Shown here one piece after another: positions 46,098 through 56,362 of a stretch of 64,000 nt of DNA (positions within the stretch are counted from its first letter, which is position 1; every line of letters begins with the position of its first letter). Below the pieces are notes generated by a model. That model was not told the origin of the DNA. It worked only from the letters and a program-made list of their open reading frames with translations, and made no database searches. This DNA is from Prochlorococcus sp. AG-363-B04. GTDB lineage: Bacteria > Cyanobacteriota > Cyanobacteriia > PCC-6307 > Cyanobiaceae. The position numbers and the translations under genes were made by a program. The stretch covers positions 23,865-87,864 of the forward strand of contig QCFC01000002.1 of NCBI GenBank assembly GCA_003278465.1. The letters run 5' to 3'.

Positions 46098-47414
46098 TTA
46101 TAGACAAGCTAGGTGTGATTCGATTCCTTTGATTTCTTTAAGAGCGGTTATACGCATTAATGCTTCTTGAACTTTCCCATTACTGACTTGGTGAGTAATG
46201 ACAACTATTTCTGCTTCTTTATTTGAGGTATCAAATTGAACTATTGACTGAATTGAGACATCACATTCTCCAAAGTGACTTCCTATTTTCCCTATTACTC
46301 CTGGATTGTCTTCAGCTTTCAAGCGAATGTAATTACGTTGAATTATTTCTGAGGTTTTGACGAGGTGGCAAGTTCGCCAGCTACTAGCGGCTAAGAGAGG
46401 GTCAAGGTTCTTGTGATTGGAATTGAGTTGGCTGATGCCTGCAATATTTAGAAGATCTGCAACTACCGCTGAAGCTGTTGGTCCTGCCCCTGCTCCAGGT
46501 CCATAAAACATAACTCTTCCAACGGGATTACCTTCAATAAAGATTGCATTGTTTACCCCATGTACTCCAGCTAAAGGATGGTGGTTTGGGACAAGAGTTG
46601 GTTGAACCGAAACGGCGAGGGGCAGAGATTGCTCCTTTTGACTTCCTTTGAGTATTCGCTCTGCTATTGCAAGAAGTTTTACGCAATAACCGAGTTGGTT
46701 TGCATATGCAACATCTTGACTATTTAATTGTTTAATACCTTTGGTAAGAACCTCAGAGCGATTTATCGGACCTCCAAAAGCCAACCCAGAGAGAATAGAT
46801 ATTTTGTCGGCAGCATCCAGTCCATCAACATCTGCAGTCGGATCAGCCTCTGCGTAACCAAGATTCTGTGCGATTTTTAGGACTTCTTCACAGCTCATTC
46901 CTTCTTTGGTCATTCTGGTCAGGATGTAATTGGTGGTGCCATTAATAATTCCAGTTATTTTTTGAATCTTGTTGCCACCAAGAGATTGCTTTAACGGTTC
47001 TATTATTGGGATTCCACCTCCGACAGCTGCCTCAATTAGTACATATACGCCTGCATTAGCTGCTGCAAGAGCAATTTCCTCTCCATGTCTTGCAATGACG
47101 GCTTTGTTAGCTGTGACAACTGATTTTCCTAAGGAGATAGCTTTCATTATTAATTTCCTAGCAGGTTCAATTCCTCCTATAACTTCAATAATTACTTGAA
47201 CCTTGGGATCATCTATAACCTCCTCGAGGTTTTTCGTAAGAAGGGATTTCTTAACTTCAACTCCTCTTTTTCGCTCTGGATCCCTTACCCCAATACGTAT
47301 TAAATCTAACTCTTTAACTAGAGGATGGCGGCCTTCGGGATTTTGAAGGATTTCAACTACCCCTGTCCCTACTGTTCCTAGACCTAGTAGTCCTACTCCA
47401 ATCCTTTTGCTCAT
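46098..47414 (-). CDS. hom: homoserine dehydrogenase
   Basis: MSKRIGVGLLGLGTVGTGV (NAD fold), catalytic region, C-terminal ACT domain. ATG at 47414 is preferred. Confidence 0.9.
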   Translation of the reverse strand: MSKRIGVGLLGLGTVGTGVVEILQNPEGRHPLVKELDLIRIGVRDPERKRGVEVKKSLLTKNLEEVIDDPKVQVIIEVIGGIEPARKLIMKAISLGKSVVTANKAVIARHGEEIALAAANAGVYVLIEAAVGGGIPIIEPLKQSLGGNKIQKITGIINGTTNYILTRMTKEGMSCEEVLKIAQNLGYAEADPTADVDGLDAADKISILSGLAFGGPINRSEVLTKGIKQLNSQDVAYANQLGYCVKLLAIAERILKGSQKEQSLPLAVSVQPTLVPNHHPLAGVHGVNNAIFIEGNPVGRVMFYGPGAGAGPTASAVVADLLNIAGISQLNSNHKNLDPLLAASSWRTCHLVKTSEIIQRNYIRLKAEDNPGVIGKIGSHFGECDVSIQSIVQFDTSNKEAEIVVITHQVSNGKVQEALMRITALKEIKGIESHLACL

Positions 47415-47451
47415 GAAATTCTCTCGTTGTTTAGTTGTTTTGGAACTGACT

Positions 47452-47913
47452 CTATTGAGCAACGGGATAATCCCCTTCTGAAAGTTTTTTTGCTTGTGCT
47501 TTCATGTGGAAAAGAATATTCATAAATCCATTAGCTCTTGATGGTGTGAGGCTTACCTGTAATCCAGTTTCAGCAATGAAAGCAGGATCTATCGCTAATA
47601 CTTGTTGGGCTGTCAGATTGTTTAGTCCAACAATTAAAAGGGAAAGTAGCCCTTTAGTAATTAGTGCATCTGAGTCTCCTTTCCATAGAATACGTCCTTG
47701 GATTATTTCCCCAAGAACATAGACCTTTGATATGCATCCACGTACTTTATTTGAATCAGTTTGCAATTCTTCAGGCATTGATGGTAGTTTTTTTGCTAGC
47801 CACAATAAGTATTCATAACGTTTTCGGGGATCAGAAGTCCCTTTAAGCCTTTTTACAATTTTGTCTAGGGCTTCACTTCCAAAAGTGGTAGTTGATTGTT
47901 TAGAAGTTTCCAT
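47452..47913 (-). CDS. sufE: SufE-like cysteine desulfuration protein
   Basis: KVRGCISKVYV with the conserved acceptor Cys, and an RYEYLLWLAKKLP N-terminal helix. Confidence 0.85.
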   Translation of the reverse strand: METSKQSTTTFGSEALDKIVKRLKGTSDPRKRYEYLLWLAKKLPSMPEELQTDSNKVRGCISKVYVLGEIIQGRILWKGDSDALITKGLLSLLIVGLNNLTAQQVLAIDPAFIAETGLQVSLTPSRANGFMNILFHMKAQAKKLSEGDYPVAQ

Positions 47914-48433
47914 TATTAGACTTTTTAATGTTTTGAGGATGAGTAGAATCTAGGTTAAAGGAAAAATTAAAAAAGTTGTTTATTTGATGATGACTTAGAG
48001 ATGCTAACTTTGTAGGAAATAGATCTTCATCAACAGTCTTTACTACTTTTTCTATTTGAACTTTACCAGAGTGGAACGGAAGTAAAAGGTAGTCTCTGTG
48101 ACCAGGTCCGGCATCAACTTGAATATCTAATGAACCTTCTTTTATTTTTGGGAGAATTAAGTTTAATTTCCCTTGAGAGTTCATTTTGCCTATCTTCTGC
48201 ATTTGTTTTCCATTAGGACTAATTATTCTAACCACGGCTCCTTCTGCAGGAATACCATCTGAGAAACCACTGTAAAGCTCTAAATTGCCATTTATGTATT
48301 TAAGACTACTTTCGATTGAATGAGCATTAGTAATTCTAGGTTGCAGTATCCATGTATATCCAGTAGTTACTATTAAAAGTAGTAATCTACAAGTCAGAAT
48401 TTTTTTCTTCAGAATAGTAGAAAGTTTGATCAT
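47900..48433 (-). CDS. hypothetical secreted protein (carboxypeptidase-regulatory-like beta-sandwich suspected)
   Basis: Signal peptide plus GAVVRIISPNGKQ...SQGKLNL pattern. Confidence 0.4.
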   Translation of the reverse strand: MIKLSTILKKKILTCRLLLLIVTTGYTWILQPRITNAHSIESSLKYINGNLELYSGFSDGIPAEGAVVRIISPNGKQMQKIGKMNSQGKLNLILPKIKEGSLDIQVDAGPGHRDYLLLPFHSGKVQIEKVVKTVDEDLFPTKLASLSHHQINNFFNFSFNLDSTHPQNIKKSNNGNF

Positions 48434-48442
48434 CTTTAGGTT

Positions 48443-49057
48443 TTATATTATTGAATAATTAACTTTTTTGAAATAAGTTGGTCCTTTTTCAGTTATGAAT
48501 CCATCTAGTGGAATATCCCATTTGTCTTTCGGCAATGGGCTAATTGAAACACATGCCTGGGGGAGTATTGCTAAAGCAAGAATTGAGCGCCAGGTGGAAT
48601 TTGCCCTAAGACGGTCAAAGAATCCTCCTCCATATCCTAATCTTGTACCTAGTGTGTCGATTGCCAGAGCAGGAATAAGTAATAATTCCATAGATTTTGA
48701 TTCTAAAGGTGGTTCTTTTAGAGGGGAAGGGATTTTTTGGGCATCTTTAATTAAAGGTTTAATAGTCCATTTATGGTATCTTAGTTCACTATTTGAATAA
48801 GTAGCTGGTAGGGCTATAGGATTTTTGATTGTTGTTTTTAGAAATCTCAGGTCTATTTCCCCTTGTAGTGGCCAATAAATCCCAATATGATTATTATTTT
48901 CTTTGTTGTTTTTATTTAAAATTTTTTGCAATGTGATTAATACTTCCTCTTGGATTCTCTCCTCTAGTAATGGTGTTTGCCTAAGCCTTATGTCTCTAAA
49001 GTGAGATCGCAATTCTTCTTTCTTTAATATATTGTCCATGTTTATCTGTTGGGTCAT
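48443..49057 (-). CDS. 5-formyltetrahydrofolate cyclo-ligase
   Basis: GYGGGFFDR motif and family-typical length. Confidence 0.8.
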   Translation of the reverse strand: MTQQINMDNILKKEELRSHFRDIRLRQTPLLEERIQEEVLITLQKILNKNNKENNNHIGIYWPLQGEIDLRFLKTTIKNPIALPATYSNSELRYHKWTIKPLIKDAQKIPSPLKEPPLESKSMELLLIPALAIDTLGTRLGYGGGFFDRLRANSTWRSILALAILPQACVSISPLPKDKWDIPLDGFITEKGPTYFKKVNYSII

Positions 49058-49116
49058 TAATTTTTAGTAGTTAGATGAATTAAAAAATCTGATCATGTTT
49101 ACGTGTTTAAGAGCCT

Positions 49117-49581
49117 TTAGCGCTGAAACCATGCTGTTAAAGCTATAGCAAGTGCATCTGCTGCATCATCGGGCTTTGGAGGATTGATCAGTTCTAGTTC
49201 TCTCATTACTGCAGAAAGGACTTCGTTTTTATCCGCACGTCCTGAACCAGTTAGGGCAAGTTTTACTTGCATTGGAGGAAATTCAAGTGTAGGTATTTTG
49301 AAGCGCGCCAATGTCATCATTATTACCCCTCTCGCTTGGACCACGCTGATAGTTGTACTTGATCGATAAAAGAAGAATTTTTCAACTGCTGCTAACTGAG
49401 GTTTGCAGGATTGGATTAATTGTCGTAAATCTGATGCGATTTCAACAAGTCGATCCCCTTCGCTGTGAGATGGATCAGTGCGAATAATTCCGCAATCGAT
49501 CATTTTCTGCTGCCCTTCCATGATTTCGATAAATCCATAACCGACTCTGGCAAGGCCAGGGTCTATTCCAAGAATTTTCAA
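49117..49581 (-). CDS. ruvC: crossover junction endodeoxyribonuclease RuvC
   Basis: [16 protein letters not shown] and C-terminal [10 protein letters not shown]. Confidence 0.9.
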   Translation of the reverse strand: MKILGIDPGLARVGYGFIEIMEGQQKMIDCGIIRTDPSHSEGDRLVEIASDLRQLIQSCKPQLAAVEKFFFYRSSTTISVVQARGVIMMTLARFKIPTLEFPPMQVKLALTGSGRADKNEVLSAVMRELELINPPKPDDAADALAIALTAWFQR

Positions 49582-49584
49582 TGA

Positions 49585-50673
49585 TTATTCCGAAAGAGCT
49601 AATTCAAATGCTTTTTGGTCGGTGTCTTCGCTGCGTTCAAAAACATTGCAGAAAACCTTTACTACCCTATCGCCAGAATCGACTTGCTCTAAGGGATCTT
49701 TGCGAAGACGATGACGAAGAGAGCAGGAAATGACGCGAGCCACATCCTCTTCAGCAACTTCTGTCCTTCCTTCAAATGCAGCAAGAGCTCTGGCAGCTCT
49801 ATTTGTGACGATATCTCCTCGTAATCCATCTACATCTAGCTCCCCACAAACAGCAGATATTCTTAGGCGTAAATCATCGTCAAGGGAAACATCTGGAAGC
49901 TTTTCCTGAGCATCAATAACTTTTTTTTGCAAATTGTCTTGGTTGGGTTGGACTAAATTTGTAAATGCTTCTGGATCATTATCGAAGGCAGTACGTTGAT
50001 CTACTACTTGCACACGTTGATCAGCATCTCGAACTGTTCTTACTTCAACACTCATTCCAAATCGATCAAGAAGTTGTGGACGAAGCTCTCCTTCTTCTGG
50101 GTTCCCAGAGCCTATTAGTACGAATCTGGCAGGATGCCTAACTGAAACCCCTTCTCTTTCAACGGTATTCCAACCTGATGCTGCTGAGTCGAGTAGTACA
50201 TCTACAAGATGGTCATCAAGCAGATTTACTTCATCTACGTAAAGAAGCCCTCTATTTGCTTTTGCTAAAAGGCCAGGTTCAAAAGCTCTGACTCCTTCAC
50301 TTAATGCTTTCTCGATATCTATTGTTCCGCAGAGACGATCTTCTGTGGCACCTAGTGGAAGATCCACCATTGGAACTTGGCGTTTTTCTAGATCTAGGTT
50401 TTCTCCATTTTCCATACGAAGTCGTACTTCGGAACTTTGGAGATCTGGATCAGAGGGACTGCTGTTATAAGGATCACCAACTACTACATCAATTCCAGGC
50501 AATAGGTCTGCCAAGGCTCGGATGGTTGTGGACTTACCTGTCCCCCTGTCTCCCATAATCATCACACCACCGATCCGTGGATCGATAACATTCAGTAAGA
50601 GGGCCAGCTTCATTTCTTCTTGGCCAATTACAGCAGTAAAGGGGAATACCCTCCGTTTCCGAGGTGAACTCAC
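49585..50673 (-). CDS. chlI: magnesium chelatase ATPase subunit I
   Basis: FPFTAVIGQEEMKLALLLNVIDPRIGGVMIMGDRGTGKST; GTG start. Confidence 0.95.
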   Translation of the reverse strand: MSSPRKRRVFPFTAVIGQEEMKLALLLNVIDPRIGGVMIMGDRGTGKSTTIRALADLLPGIDVVVGDPYNSSPSDPDLQSSEVRLRMENGENLDLEKRQVPMVDLPLGATEDRLCGTIDIEKALSEGVRAFEPGLLAKANRGLLYVDEVNLLDDHLVDVLLDSAASGWNTVEREGVSVRHPARFVLIGSGNPEEGELRPQLLDRFGMSVEVRTVRDADQRVQVVDQRTAFDNDPEAFTNLVQPNQDNLQKKVIDAQEKLPDVSLDDDLRLRISAVCGELDVDGLRGDIVTNRAARALAAFEGRTEVAEEDVARVISCSLRHRLRKDPLEQVDSGDRVVKVFCNVFERSEDTDQKAFELALSE

Positions 50674-50819
50674 GGGTAGATGATTTGTGTTGATTTGGAT
50701 TGTTTGCAGGCAACATTGGAAAACCTGCCTTGGTGTTTTTTGCTAAGGGATTAGCAGTAGTGCACTTGATACCAGGTTAATACTTCGAGCAGAGATAGAC
50801 CTTTTGCGATCTTTTAGTT

Positions 50820-51929
50820 TTACTCTTGAGTTTTGGCATTTTCCTTAAGGACTGGGATCAGTTCTGATGACATTTCACGGATTAATTCTGTAGATCGTGG
50901 GTCATTAAAGGGGCCTTTAACTATGAATCCTGCTACGGCCCTGCCACCATTTGGCTGTTGAATTAAACCTGCATCCGCATAGGAGATTCCTATATCTCCA
51001 GTTTTGTTATAAACCCGAAATCCTTTTAAAAGCAGTTGGGAATCGATTTCTCTCCTCCCTCCACCAAGGCCTCTGAGTAGTCCTGCAGGAAGAAGGACGT
51101 TTGTCTCGGAAGTGCTCATTACTTCGCGGAAAAGATCTCTGCTCCGTGGACTAAGAGCTTCTCCTGTATCTACTATTGCAATAGAGCGTGCAAGATCTTG
51201 AGCACTTGTTTTGTTAGTACCTCCTAAATCTGGTAAAAGGTTGTTGAGAGTTGTTGAGGTAAGTCCAAGTAATTTAAAGCGTTGATTTAAAACTGCTATG
51301 CCTCCAATACGCTTAATTAAAATATTTGTAGCTGTATTGTCACTAACTCTGATCATTTCTTTTGTAACTTCGTAAGCAGGGAATTTTGTACCTATTCGAC
51401 TAAAAGCCATCCATCCTGCACCTCCTCCAATAACGTCCTTGGTTAATTCTAGGGGTTCATCCCATGTTAGGAGGCCAGAATCAATCATCTCCAGTGCAAC
51501 TAGGAGTATTGGGATTTTGATTGAGCTAGCTGCAGGAAGGGGTTTGTTTGGGCTTAACTTTGCATATAGTCCATTATCTAAATTTAAGAAAAAGGCACTT
51601 ACTTCTAAATCACGCTCTTTTTTTGCAAGGATTTCCCATCTATTACTTAAATCAACTATTTCTTGCCCTAATTTGTACTTACTTCTTAGTACTTGACGTT
51701 TACTTCCTGAAAATGAATTGGTAATTAATTCCTTTCTTGTTGAGTTATTGAGAATTTGTTGAGAGAAAAAAGTTTCCAGTAAATTTTTTTCCCCTTTGAG
51801 ATTATTTGACAGAGTTTTAAGAGCAGACCCACCTATTACCCCAAGTCCAATACCCATTACGCAAAGTCGTAATAGAAGTTTTAAAGGTCGAGTGAAGGTT
51901 GACCTGTTAGCTCGATTACTGCTTGACAA
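50820..51929 (-). CDS. class A beta-lactamase-fold serine hydrolase
   Basis: SxxK (ASSIKIP), SDN (VSDNTATN) and KTG (NKTGDIG) motifs; N-terminal TM or signal; TTG start in the track. Confidence 0.7.
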   Translation of the reverse strand: MSSSNRANRSTFTRPLKLLLRLCVMGIGLGVIGGSALKTLSNNLKGEKNLLETFFSQQILNNSTRKELITNSFSGSKRQVLRSKYKLGQEIVDLSNRWEILAKKERDLEVSAFFLNLDNGLYAKLSPNKPLPAASSIKIPILLVALEMIDSGLLTWDEPLELTKDVIGGGAGWMAFSRIGTKFPAYEVTKEMIRVSDNTATNILIKRIGGIAVLNQRFKLLGLTSTTLNNLLPDLGGTNKTSAQDLARSIAIVDTGEALSPRSRDLFREVMSTSETNVLLPAGLLRGLGGGRREIDSQLLLKGFRVYNKTGDIGISYADAGLIQQPNGGRAVAGFIVKGPFNDPRSTELIREMSSELIPVLKENAKTQE

Positions 51930-51959
51930 AGCAAGGAAGAAATGAATTCTTAATGGAGG

Positions 51960-52712
51960 TTAGAAGTCCTTAGTCTGAATTGCCCAACGGATTTGTCTGA
52001 GCATTCCTCTTAGTAAAGCAACTTCTCCTTCTTTAATGTTTGCTCTTTGAAGAAGTGCTCTCACTTTGGCCATTCTTGCTGTTGCCGTATGATCTAGTAG
52101 AAAACCGATTTCAAGCAAGAGATTTTGGGCGTCAGTAAGATAATCCTCTAGCTGAATTGTTTTTGGAAGTTTTGTGGGTTCAGTTTGTTTTTCGTTAAAC
52201 GCGCAATTAATTTGTGATTTACGATGTAAATCATGGAGAACAATAGCGACGGCATGGGAAAGGTTTAAAGAAGAATAAATAGGTGATGTATCAAGTCTGA
52301 TTACTTTTTGAGCTAGCAAAAGTTCATTGTTACTTAACCCTCGGTCTTCTCTTCCAAATACAAGAGCTATAGGTTCTGAATCTGTTGGTTTAGAGAACCA
52401 AGTCAAAGCTTCTTCTGATGTATGAAGTGGTATCTCTCCGTGTTCTTTTCTTCCACAGGTGGCAATAATTTTGTGGCAATCTGCAACTGCCTCTATTAGA
52501 GATGAAAATTCAATTGCATTATTTAGGATTTTTATACCTTTAACTGCCATTCGTTGTGCTAATGGATCGCAAGGGTCGCACCGAGGAGTAACTAGTCTTA
52601 ATTCTTCAATGCCAAAGTTTGCACAAAGTCTTGCAACGCTTCCCAGATTTATTGGACCTATAGGTTCAACTAATACAAGCTTTATGTTTAAAGGTGAACT
52701 AGTAATACTCAA
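51960..52712 (-). CDS. SpoU/TrmJ-family RNA 2'-O-methyltransferase
   Basis: LVLVEPIGPINLGSVARLCANFG, LVFGREDRGLSN, LNLSHAVAIV. Confidence 0.8.
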   Translation of the reverse strand: MSITSSPLNIKLVLVEPIGPINLGSVARLCANFGIEELRLVTPRCDPCDPLAQRMAVKGIKILNNAIEFSSLIEAVADCHKIIATCGRKEHGEIPLHTSEEALTWFSKPTDSEPIALVFGREDRGLSNNELLLAQKVIRLDTSPIYSSLNLSHAVAIVLHDLHRKSQINCAFNEKQTEPTKLPKTIQLEDYLTDAQNLLLEIGFLLDHTATARMAKVRALLQRANIKEGEVALLRGMLRQIRWAIQTKDF

Positions 52713-53098
52713 TTTAGGGAATGCAGATGGGCCAAAAGATCAGCCATGGCTTGTGGTTCCATTTGGAAGCTAGGCATGGGTGGAGTGTCACCACTAACAA
52801 TTTGACTTATTAGTTTGCTATCACTTTTGCGAGAACTAACTTCAAGAAGACTTGGACCTACAAGGCCCTCTGCAGTAATTCCATGGCAACTAGCACAGTT
52901 CATTCTGAAAAGCTTTGCTCCATTTTCTGGTGATCCACTCAGGTCAGCAGTTTTTTTTATGTAAGGGTCAATTTGTGTGGCTCTTAACATCCATAGAACC
53001 AAGACAATGCAGGTAGTAGCTGCAACTACAACTAATGCATTGATCAAACCACGACTTCTTTGAGGTCGATTTGTGGTGGAAGATGAAGGGATCGTCAC
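52709..53098 (-). CDS. cytM: membrane-anchored c-type cytochrome, CytM-like
   Basis: N-terminal TM helix, heme motif CASCHG, distal PPMPSF...MADLLAHL. Confidence 0.7.
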   Translation of the reverse strand: MTIPSSSTTNRPQRSRGLINALVVVAATTCIVLVLWMLRATQIDPYIKKTADLSGSPENGAKLFRMNCASCHGITAEGLVGPSLLEVSSRKSDSKLISQIVSGDTPPMPSFQMEPQAMADLLAHLHSLN

Positions 53099-53153
53099 AA
53101 TAAATTCAAGAGCATGAAAGAATTGGGCTTCGTCTGTGCATTAGATTGAGAAC

Positions 53154-53267
53154 ATGATTGAACCTCTCCTTTGTGGAATTGTGCTTGGGTTAATCCCAGT
53201 CACTCTTCTAGGTCTCTTTGTTGATGCATGGAATCAGTATCGTCGTAGTAGCTCTTTGGAGGGCTAA
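53154..53267 (+). CDS. petG: cytochrome b6f complex subunit 5 (PetG), not in ORF track
   Basis: My translation is [37 protein letters not shown], matching the PetG consensus [27 protein letters not shown]. Confidence 0.9.
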   Translation: MIEPLLCGIVLGLIPVTLLGLFVDAWNQYRRSSSLEG

Positions 53268-53823
53268 GAAGTACTAAGGAACTACTTCCATAACTTCTTC
53301 GATCTACTTCTTCCCAGAAATTTGGGGTGATTAATTGTCTGTGGCTATCATATTCGCAAATAACTAAAGAGTCTTTTTTAAGTAAATTACTTTTGAGAAG
53401 AGATGTAAGAACAGGGGAGTAGAGGTCTGAGTTATAGGGTGGATCAAAATAAATCAAATCAAACTCTGGTGTATGTTTATTTATCTGTAGTTCTCCTTTT
53501 AGCCAATTCAATACTTCTCGACAAAAAACCTTTGTTTGACTTTGATGTGTCAATCTGGCTGCCGTTATTGAGAGGTTCTTTTGACAAATATGAGCGGTTT
53601 TTTTATCTCTTTCAACAGCTACCACCCTTTTTGCTCCCCTCATTAATGCTTCGCATCCCATTACACCACTTCCACTGCATAGATCTAACCAATGAGAGTC
53701 CAGTAAGCGATATGCGAGAAGGTTCATAATCGCTTCTCTTACTCGACTAGATGTAGGTCTTGTGTTTTTATTTGAAGGGCTATAAAGCTTCCAACCTCCA
53801 GAAAGTCTTAAATGTCCTTTCAC
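53200..53823 (-). CDS. rsmD: 16S rRNA (guanine966-N2)-methyltransferase RsmD
   Basis: [23 protein letters not shown] and FDPPY motifs. The GTG at 53823 overlapping the hisH stop (GTGA) is preferred to the upstream ATG at 53853. Confidence 0.8.
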   Translation of the reverse strand: MKGHLRLSGGWKLYSPSNKNTRPTSSRVREAIMNLLAYRLLDSHWLDLCSGSGVMGCEALMRGAKRVVAVERDKKTAHICQKNLSITAARLTHQSQTKVFCREVLNWLKGELQINKHTPEFDLIYFDPPYNSDLYSPVLTSLLKSNLLKKDSLVICEYDSHRQLITPNFWEEVDRRSYGSSSLVLLSPPKSYYDDTDSMHQQRDLEE

Positions 53824-54461
53824 GTAATTAAATAGGCTCCTCTTTCTAGCCAATTAAGCCATCGACCAATCATTTGATGTCCAGCTTCGGCAGATTTCTC
53901 TGGGTGAAATTGACAAGCCCCTAACCTACCTTCCCAAACAATTGCCGAAACCTCACTTTTCCCGAAATTTGTAGTCGCTGCAAGATTATCTGTATCTTCT
54001 AAAATAGCAGAATATGAATGAACAAAATACATCCAATTTGTTTGATCTTTTATCTTTAACAAAGGGCATGGTTTTTTTAAATTAAGTGGTGACCAGCCCA
54101 TATGAGGAATTCTCTCTTCTTTTTCTTCAGGTAGTTTATGTATATGTCCTTTTAAAAGTCCTAAGCCTTTTGAAGTGCCTTCTTCACTTGATTCGAAAAG
54201 TAATTGCAACCCTAAACAGATTCCAAGCATTGGCTTATTGCTTGCAGCCCAGTCTTGTAGACATCTGATTAGGTTCGCTTGATTCAGGTGTTTCATTGCC
54301 GGATCAAAAGAACCGACTCCAGGCAAGATCAATGCATCACAATCTTTGATATCAGACGGATTCTTTACATTTTTGAGCACTTTCTTGTGTCTATTAAAGG
54401 CAAGCCGCACTGAATGCAGATTGCCCATGCCGTAATCAATTAGGCCAAGGGTATATCCCAC
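53820..54461 (-). CDS. hisH: imidazole glycerol phosphate synthase, glutamine amidotransferase subunit
   Basis: IDYGMGNLHSV, LPGVGSF, GICLGLQLL and VHSY motifs. Confidence 0.9.
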   Translation of the reverse strand: MGYTLGLIDYGMGNLHSVRLAFNRHKKVLKNVKNPSDIKDCDALILPGVGSFDPAMKHLNQANLIRCLQDWAASNKPMLGICLGLQLLFESSEEGTSKGLGLLKGHIHKLPEEKEERIPHMGWSPLNLKKPCPLLKIKDQTNWMYFVHSYSAILEDTDNLAATTNFGKSEVSAIVWEGRLGACQFHPEKSAEAGHQMIGRWLNWLERGAYLIT

Positions 54462-54562
54462 AAAAAAGGTGCCGAGTATTTTCTAATGACCCTCAAAGAA
54501 TAGATGAGAATCAGATTCTTTTGGAGGGGAATTTGGAAATGATTTTTCTAGGAACTAAAGAT

Positions 54563-54886
54563 TTACATGTATTTGGCGATTGTTGAGGAAAGAGTTGCTT
54601 TAGGAACTGCTCCAACAACAGTATCCACTTTTTGCCCCCCTTTGAACACCATCAGAGTAGGGATACTACGTATCCCGTACTGACTGGCAACATTTGGGTT
54701 CTCGTCGGTATTTAGCTTGAAAACCTTGATTTTCCCTTCTAGTTCTTTGGCGATTTCATCGACGATCGGAGAGACCATTCTGCATGGCCCACACCATGGT
54801 GCCCAGAAATCAACAAGAACTGGCAGGTCGCTCTGAAGGACGTCCTGTTCAAAGGAGCCGTCAGTAACGGCAGCTGCACTTGACAT
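54563..54886 (-). CDS. trxA: thioredoxin
   Basis: WAPWCGPCR active site; ATG at 54886 gives the usual 107 aa. Confidence 0.92.
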   Translation of the reverse strand: MSSAAAVTDGSFEQDVLQSDLPVLVDFWAPWCGPCRMVSPIVDEIAKELEGKIKVFKLNTDENPNVASQYGIRSIPTLMVFKGGQKVDTVVGAVPKATLSSTIAKYM

Positions 54887-54997
54887 TCCCACAATTTTGA
54901 ACTCGTTGAAATTTAGCAACCGTTATTGCGGATTTAAAGATTTAGTCCTGATAGCTGTAGGAACTGTGACGGTCTTGTATAAATAGAGAGCAAAGAT

Positions 54998-55056
54998 AAA
55001 AGCCCGAGCGCGTCGGGCAGGTGGTGTGAGGAGTGTGTGGGCAAAAGCCCTCACAT
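54998..55056 (-). ncRNA. yfr1: Yfr1 small regulatory RNA
   Basis: Minus strand reads GUGAGGGCUUUUGCCCACAC-ACUCCUCACACCACCU-GCCCGACGCGCUCGGGCUUUUAU. That is a 5' hairpin, the single-stranded ACUCCUCACAC motif and a terminator, with a TAATAT -10 box 6 nt upstream, in the trxA-guaB spacer. Confidence 0.8.
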
Positions 55057-55114
55057 TCAGATATTAACTCTCGTTAAGGCTCTTGGATTGTCTTGCATGC
55101 TAAGGATTGTCAGG

Positions 55115-56278
55115 TTATTTGCACATACCTAAATGTTGTGCTTTTTGGTAGACCTTCCCTTCGGTCAATAGAGATGGGGCTATCACAACCTCTACTTCTT
55201 GCATTTCTCTAATAGTTCGAGCGCCAAGGGTACCCATGGATGTTTTAAGGGCCCCTAGAAGGTTATGAGTGCCGTCATCGAGTTGTGCTGGACCTCTAAG
55301 AATGCGCTCAAGGCTTCCAGTGCTACCTACATTGATTCTTGTACCCCTTGGTAAAACTGGGCTAGGCGTTGCCATGCCCCAATGAAAACCTTTACCAGGT
55401 GCCTCATCTGCTCGAGCGATAGGAGAGCCGATCATGACGGCATCTGCTCCGCAAGCTATGCATTTGCAGATATCTCCACCAGTAACAATTCCACCATCAG
55501 CAATAACGGGCACATACCTGCCGCTTTCTTTTTCATAATCTTCTCGGGCTGCCATGCAATCTGAAACTGCAGTTGCTTGAGGTATCCCTACTCCTAAGAC
55601 CCCTCTAGAAGTACAAGCTGCCCCAGGTCCTATCCCGACCATTATTCCAACTGCTCCAGCTCGCATTAATTCAATGGCAACGTCATAAGTGACGCAATTC
55701 CCTATTACAACAGGGATACCAATATCTGTGCAGAGTTTTTTTAGGTCGAGAATTTCTCGTCCGCTAGGACCAATGTGTTCGGTTGAAACAACAGTTGCTT
55801 GAACAAAGAAGAGATCTGCCCCAGCTTCTGCAATTACGTTGCTATAACGGATAGCTCCAGCAGGTGTACAACTTACTGAAGCTATTCCTCCTTGTTCTTT
55901 AATTTCTCTTATTCGTTTCTTTATTAGTTCTTCCTTTATGGGGTGGCTATAAATCTCTTGCATTAATGGGACAAATTCGTCTTTCCCAATTGAGCTGATC
56001 CTATTTAAGACTGCTTTTGTGTCCTCGTAACGGGTTTGAACCCCTTCAAGGTTAAGCACTCCAAGAGCACCAAGCTTGGAGAGAGCCACGGCCATTTGAA
56101 CATCAACAACCCCATCCATTGCACTGGCGATAATGGGAATCTCCAGTTCAATACCACCAAGACACCAACTGGTATCTGTTATTTCAGGGTCTACTGTGCG
56201 ACCTCCTGGGACAAGAGCAATCTCGTCTATGCCATAGGCCCTGCGAACGACCTTTGAGCGCCCGAACTGAATATTCAC
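55115..56278 (-). CDS. guaB: IMP dehydrogenase family protein (short cyanobacterial type without a CBS pair)
   Basis: TIM-barrel IMPDH motifs ([11 protein letters not shown] with catalytic Cys, IADGGI); GTG start. Confidence 0.88.
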   Translation of the reverse strand: MNIQFGRSKVVRRAYGIDEIALVPGGRTVDPEITDTSWCLGGIELEIPIIASAMDGVVDVQMAVALSKLGALGVLNLEGVQTRYEDTKAVLNRISSIGKDEFVPLMQEIYSHPIKEELIKKRIREIKEQGGIASVSCTPAGAIRYSNVIAEAGADLFFVQATVVSTEHIGPSGREILDLKKLCTDIGIPVVIGNCVTYDVAIELMRAGAVGIMVGIGPGAACTSRGVLGVGIPQATAVSDCMAAREDYEKESGRYVPVIADGGIVTGGDICKCIACGADAVMIGSPIARADEAPGKGFHWGMATPSPVLPRGTRINVGSTGSLERILRGPAQLDDGTHNLLGALKTSMGTLGARTIREMQEVEVVIAPSLLTEGKVYQKAQHLGMCK

Positions 56279-56362
56279 CGCGGGAATAACAAAGTTTGGT
56301 CAAGCTAACAACTTAGATCGTCAATAGCACCAGGTTGAGGAATTTATTTTGTATATATCTAG

